A stretch of 41,345 bases of DNA from Nostoc sp. DedSLP01 (GTDB lineage Bacteria; Cyanobacteriota; Cyanobacteriia; Cyanobacteriales; Nostocaceae): positions 1 through 41,345 of the forward strand of contig JAVRCJ020000055.1 of NCBI GenBank assembly GCA_034530875.2. The letters are read 5' to 3'. Below, one piece after another: positions 20,305 to 28,750 of the stretch. A program made the position numbers and the translations under genes. Every line of letters starts with the position of its first letter. Within the stretch, counting starts at the first letter, position 1. Below the pieces are notes generated by a model. That model was given only the letters and a program-made list of their open reading frames with translations, was not told where the DNA came from and searched no databases.

Positions 20305-23223
20305 ATGTTAGAACTTTGGGGTATCTTAGTTATTTTAATTGCCTGCCCGCTACTAGGCGGATTACCCCTGATTGCATGGATTACTTACGCCCTCAAGCGT
20401 AAGCAATTATCACAGGTTGGTACAGGAAACATCAGTGTATCTGCTGCTTTTTATCATGGAGGTACGCTGGTAGGTATTCTGGCAGTTTTGTCAGAAGCTT
20501 TTAAAGGAGTTGCGGCAGTCTTAATCAGCCGTATTTTCTTCCCAGATGGCTCGTTTTGGGAATTAATTGCGCTTATTGCTCTGGTTCTCGGTAGATACTG
20601 GATAGGCAGAGGGGCAGGTACAACAAATGTGGTCTGGGGATTTGTCGTACACGACCCACTGGTGGCAATATTTGTATTTTTCTTTGCAGCCATTAGCTTT
20701 GCTTTTCTGCAATCCAGACAGGTAGTTAAATTTGGAGTATTGCTGCTATTTCCTCTATCTGTAATGCTGCTGCATCTGGGCGAGATTCCCAGAGTCCTTG
20801 CTGCTGTGGCTTTAGCTGGTTTAATGGCCTGGATTTATACGAAAATCCCTGATGATATGAATCTGCCAGCCGAAGAAGCACAAACAGAATCGCAGGCGAT
20901 GTTGGAATTTTTAAGTGGCGATGTCTACGACGGGCTACGCCAACGCGCTATGGTTTCTTTGGATGAAGAGTTGGACGCCGCCATTGTGGGCGAAAAGGCA
21001 GCAAGTTTATCTCAAATTAAGCGCTGGGGTTACTCAGTACCAAAAGGATGGGTACTTGCCCCGGTTGACGAAGATCCGCAACTGTTAACGGAATTTCTCC
21101 AACCATCACCATTATCTCCCTTGGTGGTACGTTCCTCTGCCATTGGCGAAGATTCAGAAAACGCTTCGGCGGCTGGGCAGTATAAAACAGTGTTAAATGT
21201 TACCAGTCCCCAAGCATTACAAGAAGCGATCGCCGAAGTCAAAGCTTCTTACAATCATCCATCTGCCGTGCAATATCGCCGCGATCGCGGTTTAAATGAA
21301 ACAGCAATGGCAGTGCTGATTCAACAACAAGTCCAGAGTGTCTTTTCTGGCGTTGCTTTCAGCCGCGACCCCATTACCCAGCAAGGTGATGCGATTATTA
21401 TTGAAGCCCTGCCAGGTAGCCCTACACAAGTTGTTTCCGGAAAAGTCACGCCAGAACAATACCGCGCTTTTGTTTTTGAGGCAGAAAATTCTTCCTCCGT
21501 ACAATTGGAAGGTGAAGGACGAGTTCCCCAAGCATTAATTAAGCAAGTTGCATACTTGGCTTACCGACTGGAAAAACGTTTCAATGGCGTTCCTCAAGAT
21601 ATCGAGTGGAGTTACGACGGACAAACGCTTTGGGTGTTGCAATCTCGACCAATTACTACTTTGCTACCCATCTGGACGCGAAAAATCGCCGCCGAAGTAA
21701 TTCCAGGAGTAATTCACCCCTTAACATGGTCGATTAATCGCCCTTTAACTTGTGGAGTTTGGGGAGAAATTTTTACTTTAGTTTTGGGCGAACGCGCCTC
21801 AGGGTTAGATTTTACTGAAACAGCAACTCTGCATTATTCCAGAGCCTACTTTAACGCATCCCTCTTAGGAGATATTTTTATCCGCATGGGATTGCCACCG
21901 GAAAGTCTGGAGTTTTTAACTAGAGGAGCAAAAATCAGTAAGCCGTCTTGGAAATCAACTTGGGAGAATTTCCCAGGATTATGGAAATTGCTCAAGCGAG
22001 AGTTAAGTTTAGAAAAAGACTTTAAAGAGGATTATTACAAACGCTTCATTCCTACGCTGTCGCAGTTGACGCAGGAAGATGTAAATAACTTGGAACCACC
22101 CCAGCTGTTAGCAAGAATTGACTCAATCTTGGAATCGGTGCATCAAGCAACTTATTACAGCATTTTAGCTCCCTTGAGTGCTGCCTTGAGACAGGCGATT
22201 TTTCGGGTGAAGGATAAGCAAATCGATCGCAGCGTTACCCCAGAGGTAGCAGCATTGCGATCGCTAGCTGCCATCGCCGCAGATGCCAAGGAAATATTAG
22301 GTGAATCTCAACCACAGCAAGTATTTGAGCAATTAAAGCAAACCCTTCAAGGAAACAAGATTCTGCAAGAATTTGACGAATTGCTTCAGGATTATGGCTA
22401 TTTAAGTGAAGTCGGAACTGATATTTCCGTTCCCACTTGGCGGGAGAATCCTCAATTCATCAAACAGATGTTTGTGCAGTTAATTCAGGGCAACGAACCA
22501 CCAGCAGGCACTAAAGACGGTAATAATGGCATCTTTTTTCGCACTCGCAAACGTGGGTTTGTGCAGCGGCGCGTGGATATCAAAGGACGAGTAACGGAAG
22601 TTTATTCGCGCCTTTTGGCTGAATTGCGTTGGAGTTTTGTGGCTTTAGAGAAAATATGGTTAAATTCTGGTTTACTCAGGCAAACAGACGATATCTTTTT
22701 GCTCGACTTTGATGAAGTGCGCCGTTTAGTTGGGGGTGGAGATTCCAGCTTTATCGAACAATTGGCTAAGTTAGTGGAATTTAGGCGATCGCAATTCGTC
22801 CAAGATAGCGAAATTCCTGAAGTACCTTTCGTCGTCTACGGCAATACGCCGCCTCACCCCTTAGCACCCTCTGCACTGTACTCAGACCAAATTTTACAAG
22901 GGATTGGAGCCAGTCACGGGCAAGCCGAAGGGCGAGTAAAGGTATTACGAAATTTACAAGATGTGCCAGAGATTGACCGCGATACAATTTTGGTAGTACC
23001 TTACACAGATTCCGGCTGGGCACCATTATTACTAAGGGCTGGAGGATTGATTGCCGAAGCTGGAGGCAGGCTTTCTCACGGTGCGATCGTTGCTCGTGAG
23101 TACGGCATTCCCGCAATTATGGATGTTCGTGGTGCTACATGGTTATTGCAAGATGGTCAACGGGTACGGATTGATGGAACTAGGGGTATTGTGGAATTAT
23201 CCAACGATTTGAGACCCGAATGA
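20305..23223 (+). CDS. Fusion of a PlsY-like membrane domain to a PEP-synthase/PPDK-type ATP-grasp domain, a central helical domain and a C-terminal phosphohistidine swivel domain
   Basis: Multi-TM N-terminus with GTGN; GEKA, VRSSAIGED, AAGQY, QDIEW, LQSRPIT; GGRLSHGAIVAREYGIP. Confidence 0.9.
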   Translation: MLELWGILVILIACPLLGGLPLIAWITYALKRKQLSQVGTGNISVSAAFYHGGTLVGILAVLSEAFKGVAAVLISRIFFPDGSFWELIALIALVLGRYWIGRGAGTTNVVWGFVVHDPLVAIFVFFFAAISFAFLQSRQVVKFGVLLLFPLSVMLLHLGEIPRVLAAVALAGLMAWIYTKIPDDMNLPAEEAQTESQAMLEFLSGDVYDGLRQRAMVSLDEELDAAIVGEKAASLSQIKRWGYSVPKGWVLAPVDEDPQLLTEFLQPSPLSPLVVRSSAIGEDSENASAAGQYKTVLNVTSPQALQEAIAEVKASYNHPSAVQYRRDRGLNETAMAVLIQQQVQSVFSGVAFSRDPITQQGDAIIIEALPGSPTQVVSGKVTPEQYRAFVFEAENSSSVQLEGEGRVPQALIKQVAYLAYRLEKRFNGVPQDIEWSYDGQTLWVLQSRPITTLLPIWTRKIAAEVIPGVIHPLTWSINRPLTCGVWGEIFTLVLGERASGLDFTETATLHYSRAYFNASLLGDIFIRMGLPPESLEFLTRGAKISKPSWKSTWENFPGLWKLLKRELSLEKDFKEDYYKRFIPTLSQLTQEDVNNLEPPQLLARIDSILESVHQATYYSILAPLSAALRQAIFRVKDKQIDRSVTPEVAALRSLAAIAADAKEILGESQPQQVFEQLKQTLQGNKILQEFDELLQDYGYLSEVGTDISVPTWRENPQFIKQMFVQLIQGNEPPAGTKDGNNGIFFRTRKRGFVQRRVDIKGRVTEVYSRLLAELRWSFVALEKIWLNSGLLRQTDDIFLLDFDEVRRLVGGGDSSFIEQLAKLVEFRRSQFVQDSEIPEVPFVVYGNTPPHPLAPSALYSDQILQGIGASHGQAEGRVKVLRNLQDVPEIDRDTILVVPYTDSGWAPLLLRAGGLIAEAGGRLSHGAIVAREYGIPAIMDVRGATWLLQDGQRVRIDGTRGIVELSNDLRPE
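20923..20943 (+). mobile_element. 21-nt SDR5-type element inserted in a HIP1 site, in frame within the CDS
   Basis: GCGAT + GTCTACGACGGGCTACGCCAA + CGC; removing the 21 nt restores GCGATCGC. Confidence 0.8.
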
Positions 23224-23555
23224 TTACTACTTCGCTGAATAACCTATTAGAAGAGTCTGTTTCTCACAATCCCGAAATCAAGAAAAAGGTGATGCTGCGC
23301 TTCGGCGATTTGCCTCACCTGACTAACTTTTCTCAAGCACGTTTTGCTCCCGGACAAACTGCACCAGCACACGCGCATCAGGATATGTGTGAAGTCTTCT
23401 TTGTAGAAGCTGGTTCGGGAGTAATTCATATTGATGGTAAAGAATATCCTCTACTTCCAGGAAACTGTGTAGCGATCGAACTGGGAGAAATACACGAAAT
23501 TGTTAACACTGGCTCAACTGAACTTGTTTTGACGTACTTTGGCTTACGAGTCTAA
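23220..23555 (+). CDS. Cupin domain protein, translationally coupled to the upstream gene
   Basis: PAHAHQDMCEVFFV and GEIH metal motifs; ATGA overlap. Confidence 0.9.
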   Translation: MITTSLNNLLEESVSHNPEIKKKVMLRFGDLPHLTNFSQARFAPGQTAPAHAHQDMCEVFFVEAGSGVIHIDGKEYPLLPGNCVAIELGEIHEIVNTGSTELVLTYFGLRV

Positions 23556-23691
23556 AGTGGCTCAAAGGACGGATAATTTAAGCAAGGGAGGCAGGAGGTA
23601 AAAGTATGACTATTCCTGGTATTCAAGCTTTTAAAATGTCCTAACATATCTGACTACGGCTATATCACTTACTTGCAATGTGCTGTATCAC

Positions 23692-23721
23692 GTAGGGGCT
23701 TTACAGCTGTCAAGCCCCCTA
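23692..23721. repeat. REP-like palindromic SDR
   Basis: GTAGGGGCTT...AAGCCCCTAC. Confidence 0.7.
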
Positions 23722-23791
23722 CCCATGTACTTCATTGACCTGAAAAACGCTGTAAATTTGTTACGCAGATATAAAAACCTTAATATTAACA

Positions 23792-23821
23792 TTATATTTG
23801 CTATATGTATAGCAAATATAA
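23792..23821. promoter_or_regulatory. Perfect 14-bp inverted repeat upstream of the pxcA-like cluster, candidate operator
   Basis: TTATATTTGCTATA-TG-TATAGCAAATATAA. Confidence 0.5.
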
Positions 23822-24213
23822 GTTTTTTATATATACTAAATATTTAGCATTGTATTAACTGCATATTTGCCATCAATCAAAGGGTTTACCAATGGGTAGT
23901 ATAGAATATGGTAATGATAAAATTCTTTATAAAAAATCATAATTGTTGATATTGTAGTTGAAAGTACTAATGAGGTGCATGACAATACTGATGGAAGAAA
24001 AACAGCAAATATAATTTGTCAGGCAGTAGGTCACAACGCTGCAAAGAAGATTAAAGAAGGTAATTACAGGGAATACTTCGGACAAGATTCTAGTTGAGCC
24101 TACTCATATAAAACTAATACACTGCTTTCAGTCCTGAGATTTGTAAATTTCTATCAGTATCTGATTTTTCACAGTTAGACATTTGTACTGTCCACTTCAT
24201 CTGATTTTAAACA

Positions 24214-25488
24214 ATGGCTCTTTTTACAAACAAATCAAATAAATTGCAAAGTCCAATTCAAGAATATTTCCAAAATATTCAGCAAATATTTTTGGGTTCG
24301 CCAGAGAAATGTCTTAATCAAGCATACAGAGCCGCATTAACGATTAAATCTATTGAAGATGAGTATTTTGATGGTCACAAAATATCTGCTGAATCAGCCC
24401 AATACAGTAATAGCGTTATGTTATTACTGCAAGCAGAACTAGATAAAAATATCAATATTGCAAAAAAGAAATTAGCGCAGTTAAAAGCTAGCCAATCATT
24501 CATAAGTATTTCTAATTATATTTGTTTAGAGAAAATTAGGTTTATTGATGAGGTAATAGATAAATATTCTGTTTTAGAAACTACATCAATAAGTTTGGTA
24601 TCTAATCCAGAACCAAAATCAACTTTGTTAACTCAAACCAATAACCAGTTAAGTTTACCTAGCGAAGATATTAATAATTTTGAGTTCCAAACTCAAAAGA
24701 TGTCTCCGTTACCAAGATCTATTGGTAGAACAATTAACAGAATTAAATTAGAATTAAAACCACAAGCAGAAAGAGAAGTTATAAAAGATTTCCGTAGTTC
24801 TAGCGTGAAAACGAAAACTGCTGTGACTTTTTTGCTGTCGCTGATTATTATACCAATATTGATTCAACATTTATCTAAACAATTCATAATCAGCCCAATT
24901 ATTCATCAAGTTAGAGGCGAGCATAGCACTGAGGTTTTTCTCCACGAAGAGATGAAAGAGAAAGCTTTTGGAGAGCTAAAGCTTTTTGAGGAAGAACTCA
25001 GATTTGCTAGTTTAATCGATAATTCACCTAGACTTTCACAAGAAGCGATCGAGGAGAAAGTCAAACATAAAGCATCTGAGATGTTAGAAGAATTTCGAGA
25101 AAAAAGTACTGGTGCAATTAGCAATGTCTTTGCTGACATCTTAGCAGTTATTACTTTTATTATTTTACTGGTGACCCAGAAAAAACAATTTATTGTTTTT
25201 AAGTCTTTTCTAGATGATACTATCTATGGTCTGAGTGACAGCGCTAAAGCTTTTATTATTATCTTGTCAACGGATATGTTTGTAGGGTTTCACTCCTCGC
25301 ATGGTTGGGAAGTAATTCTTGAAGGCATGGCAGACCATTTAGGAGTCGCAGCAAATCAAAGTGCAATTTATTTATTTATTGCAACATTTCCAGTTATATT
25401 AGATACGATTTTTAAATATTGGATTTTCCGCTATCTCAGCCGTATATCTCCTTCAGCCCTCGCTACTCTGAGACACATGAATGAGTAG
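24214..25488 (+). CDS. pxcA: Proton extrusion protein PxcA (CemA/Ycf10/CotA family), possibly an extra paralogue
   Basis: LPRSIGRT, YGLSDSAKAFIIIL, TDMFVGFHSSHGWEV, FIATFPVILDTIFKYWIFRYL. Confidence 0.9.
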   Translation: MALFTNKSNKLQSPIQEYFQNIQQIFLGSPEKCLNQAYRAALTIKSIEDEYFDGHKISAESAQYSNSVMLLLQAELDKNINIAKKKLAQLKASQSFISISNYICLEKIRFIDEVIDKYSVLETTSISLVSNPEPKSTLLTQTNNQLSLPSEDINNFEFQTQKMSPLPRSIGRTINRIKLELKPQAEREVIKDFRSSSVKTKTAVTFLLSLIIIPILIQHLSKQFIISPIIHQVRGEHSTEVFLHEEMKEKAFGELKLFEEELRFASLIDNSPRLSQEAIEEKVKHKASEMLEEFREKSTGAISNVFADILAVITFIILLVTQKKQFIVFKSFLDDTIYGLSDSAKAFIIILSTDMFVGFHSSHGWEVILEGMADHLGVAANQSAIYLFIATFPVILDTIFKYWIFRYLSRISPSALATLRHMNE

Positions 25489-25628
25489 GTTTATATAATT
25501 AGTAAAAACGATGAAAATGGCGAACACATATTTTCATTTTAATTAATACTCCTAACCTCCTGCCCTCTGCCTCCTGCCTTCTTTGCTAGCAGTTTGGTCA
25601 ACGAGATAAAATTATTTAGCCATCAACC

Positions 25629-26678
25629 ATGTCTTACAGTTTACTTCTAGACCAAATTATCTATACTAGCTTTGCTGAAACTGGCTTGAAAGCAGTTGCT
25701 AGTACACAGCTTCCTGTTGAAGTTCAGCAAACTTTTATGGAAAAAATAGTTGAGAGGTATTGGAACTCTCAGCAATCCCTAGAAGTAGGACAGCAAGCAG
25801 TTTATTTGTATCAGATTAGTCCAGAACATACCTTATTTGGATGGTTATACAATGTGGGCACAGACGAGTTGGATGGCGGAGATATACCCTACTTTATCTG
25901 CTACTATTTAGCCGAACCTTTACTGTTCTATTTCCAACTAGAGAAAATTTTTATTTGCTTGCACAAGGGGCCAGTAGGATTAATAGAGCGCGATACTTCA
26001 AATTTCACCTTAGAAAGCGTTGTAGTTAGAAATGCCTGGGATTATCAGGCTGTGCTTCCTGGGTTGATTATTCCCATATTGATGCGGGCACGTACTAATA
26101 TTGCTTTAAAACAAGGAGAGTTACTAGATATATTTGTCTCCTTTGACGAACAAGAAAATATATTTAACGCAAATGCTCAAACTCCAGACAAAGAGATAGA
26201 TAATCTGGCTATTTATGCTCGTCAATTAATAAAAGCTGTAGAAAATGGTATTGTCTCTTTGAATGAAGATATTCATGCTATTAAAGCTAAAATTAGCCAA
26301 CCATACTTAGAGTACAAAAGAAAATTACAGCAGTACGAGCAAGCTTTTGTTTCGGCAATGAAAGAACAGCAACCTTTAGCGGAACAAACTCGCAGTAGCT
26401 TAAAAAAATTACAGCGAGTTTTGCAGTTAAGGTCTGACGATATAGAGCGTATAGAAGCTTGTTCTCACAATATCAATTTATCTAGTTCATTGAAGGAAAA
26501 CATTAAGCCTAATTTTATTTCTTATGCTTATAACAAAAAAGCATTTTTATTGACAGCCAGCATTGTTGCAATATTTGCGATCATACTCGGCTTCTTTAAT
26601 GAAATAGCTCAAAAAAAGCGCTATCTGCCCCAGGTAAATGAATTTAGTCCTTTAAAAACTGTAGGGAGAGAAGAATGA
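25629..26678 (+). CDS. Hypothetical membrane protein with a GAP1-N-like N-terminal domain, helical module and C-terminal TM segment
   Basis: QIIYTSF...G and GTD...PYFICYYL; paralogous to the N-terminus of 28751; TM FLLTASIVAIFAIILGFF. Confidence 0.65.
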   Translation: MSYSLLLDQIIYTSFAETGLKAVASTQLPVEVQQTFMEKIVERYWNSQQSLEVGQQAVYLYQISPEHTLFGWLYNVGTDELDGGDIPYFICYYLAEPLLFYFQLEKIFICLHKGPVGLIERDTSNFTLESVVVRNAWDYQAVLPGLIIPILMRARTNIALKQGELLDIFVSFDEQENIFNANAQTPDKEIDNLAIYARQLIKAVENGIVSLNEDIHAIKAKISQPYLEYKRKLQQYEQAFVSAMKEQQPLAEQTRSSLKKLQRVLQLRSDDIERIEACSHNINLSSSLKENIKPNFISYAYNKKAFLLTASIVAIFAIILGFFNEIAQKKRYLPQVNEFSPLKTVGREE

Positions 26679-27802
26679 ATTCCGTACCAACATTTAACTT
26701 ACTCAGTATCGGTCACAGAGGAGTAGGCAAAACAGTTTTTCTAGCTGGTAGCTATGCAGAGTTACATGAAGCTCGTGAAACCAACCATAAGCAAAAGATG
26801 TGGTTTGATTGTAGCGAACCTCAAGTACAAGCAAATATAAACGATATTCTCAGCTATATTTCTGAAACTGCTCATTATCCACCAGCAACGATGAAAATCA
26901 CTAATTTTCGCTTTAATCTAAATCGCCGTTCTTGGTGGGGGACTGAAACTGTATGCCATTTTTCCTGGTCGGATGTACCTGGTGAAATCTGCACAATTCA
27001 TAATCATGATTTTCGGGCAATGGTTTCTAACTCGGATGGTTGTTGTGTATTTATCGATGCCTATGCTTTGGTGTGCAGGGGTAAAGCATATATCGAATTT
27101 TTGGAAGAGATTATCAAACAGGTAATGGCGATCGCTAGTGTAGCTTACCTACACGATCGCCATTATCCCTTTGTCTTGATCCTGACCAAGTGCGACTTGC
27201 TAAAATCAGACCGCCTCAGCAAAGACCTCCAGCAGCTTATTCAACCATTAACTAGCCGCCTAGATGCTGTTAAAGCCCAATATCAGATATTTTATTCACT
27301 GATTCCAATTGTCCGCACGCTAAATAGTGCTAGGCTCGAGCCAAAGGGTGCAGCAGCTCCAGTATTATCGCTTGTTTGGGAGTTAGCTCAAGCCAATCGA
27401 CTTGATTTAATCCAAGACCATTCGCCAACAATTGATAGTCTATGGTCAAACCTGCTGCAAAATGTTCAAGGTTTCATTACCCAATTACTACAAAAGCCGG
27501 AGGCTAATACAAATTCTGAACATGTCAAAGTTCCATCTGATGCTGCCAAAGTATCATTTGAGGGACTTGAAGTTAGAAAACAGCAGCAATCTCATCAAGG
27601 TTGGATTCCTAATTATACTAAACCCAAAAATATCATAGCTGTAGCTCTTGCTGGTATGGCTATAGTAGGGCTGAGTCTAACTTATCGTTATATCAAACTT
27701 TCTCAACCTTGCTCGTCAGAAAATTGTTTGCTTCTTGATAAAGTTGGAGCTTCAGATAATTACTCTACCAAAAATTACAAAGATAGCAAAACCGATAAGT
27801 AA
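26675..27802 (+). CDS. TRAFAC-class P-loop GTPase with C-terminal membrane anchor (DO-GTPase-like)
   Basis: G1 GHRGVGKT, G2 PPAT, G3 DVPG, G4 TKCD; TM IIAVALAGMAIVGLSL; ATGA overlap with the upstream gene. Confidence 0.85.
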   Translation: MNSVPTFNLLSIGHRGVGKTVFLAGSYAELHEARETNHKQKMWFDCSEPQVQANINDILSYISETAHYPPATMKITNFRFNLNRRSWWGTETVCHFSWSDVPGEICTIHNHDFRAMVSNSDGCCVFIDAYALVCRGKAYIEFLEEIIKQVMAIASVAYLHDRHYPFVLILTKCDLLKSDRLSKDLQQLIQPLTSRLDAVKAQYQIFYSLIPIVRTLNSARLEPKGAAAPVLSLVWELAQANRLDLIQDHSPTIDSLWSNLLQNVQGFITQLLQKPEANTNSEHVKVPSDAAKVSFEGLEVRKQQQSHQGWIPNYTKPKNIIAVALAGMAIVGLSLTYRYIKLSQPCSSENCLLLDKVGASDNYSTKNYKDSKTDK

Positions 27803-27950
27803 TAATCTTACTGGTTATCAATCGCACAAAGATACCCTGATTTTTCGCATTTGCTTACTAACTTGTAAAGTTTTCCAGTATCCTCTGAGAAAGATGAACA
27901 AGTTAGGAACGTCCTTTGTCAGTTTTCTATAGCGTTTAGTTATCAATTTT

Positions 27951-28421
27951 ATGAATGCACTAAGAATTTTAATGGAAGCTGGACGCAACAAAAATTTCAT
28001 GCATTTAGTTGAAGGTCTAGTAGAACTTTTAGCCAAAGCTATGTCACTATTACTTATAATGGTGATCCTAGTTTCTGTTATAGATTTAGCAAAAAGTTTA
28101 TGGTTAGATTTGTTTTTTCAACCTGTATTCTTTTTTAAAGACAAATTATTTGAAATTTTTGGTTCTTTTTTAACTATATTAATCGCTATAGAACTATTAG
28201 AAAACATTACTGGTTATTTACAAAAACACATTATCCAAGTTGAATTAGTTCTCGTCACTTCTTTAATCGCAATTGCTCGAAAGATTATTATCTTAGATTT
28301 AAAAAAAGTATCAGATAATGAATTATTTGGTTTAGCAGCCGCAATTGTTGCTCTCTCAATTGGATATGGAATTGTTAAATGGAGTAACTATAAAACTATA
28401 GTACAGAAAAACCATGAATAA
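27951..28421 (+). CDS. PsiE-family (phosphate-starvation-inducible E-like) four-TM membrane protein
   Basis: Four hydrophobic helices; ILIAIELLENI..YL and TSLIAIARKIIILD signature. Confidence 0.85.
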   Translation: MNALRILMEAGRNKNFMHLVEGLVELLAKAMSLLLIMVILVSVIDLAKSLWLDLFFQPVFFFKDKLFEIFGSFLTILIAIELLENITGYLQKHIIQVELVLVTSLIAIARKIIILDLKKVSDNELFGLAAAIVALSIGYGIVKWSNYKTIVQKNHE

Positions 28422-28750
28422 ATAAGGGGGTTGTGAAAAATAACAAGCATTTATCGGAATATAAACATTGTTTTTGATTGATTTTATTACAAAAGATGTA
28501 TATAATAAAAAATTATTCCAGCTTGTATATAAGGTTGTGAATAATTTTTGTATTAAATAGTAAACTACAAATCAATTTGAATTTAGTTTACTAAGCTGTA
28601 ATCTCTTTTATAAATTGCGGTGTCTACTATGCACATCAATTTTAGCTTGCAGAGCAAGAATTTAATGGGAAACATAACGTTAGAGATTACGGATTTATTT
28701 TTTTCAAAAAATACTCAATTTATAAAATCCTTTTCTTCTAGCTGTTAACC

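Noticed and set aside
23880..24140. Possible small ORF upstream of pxcA
   Set aside because: Only short frames (about 40 codons or fewer) with no recognisable homology.
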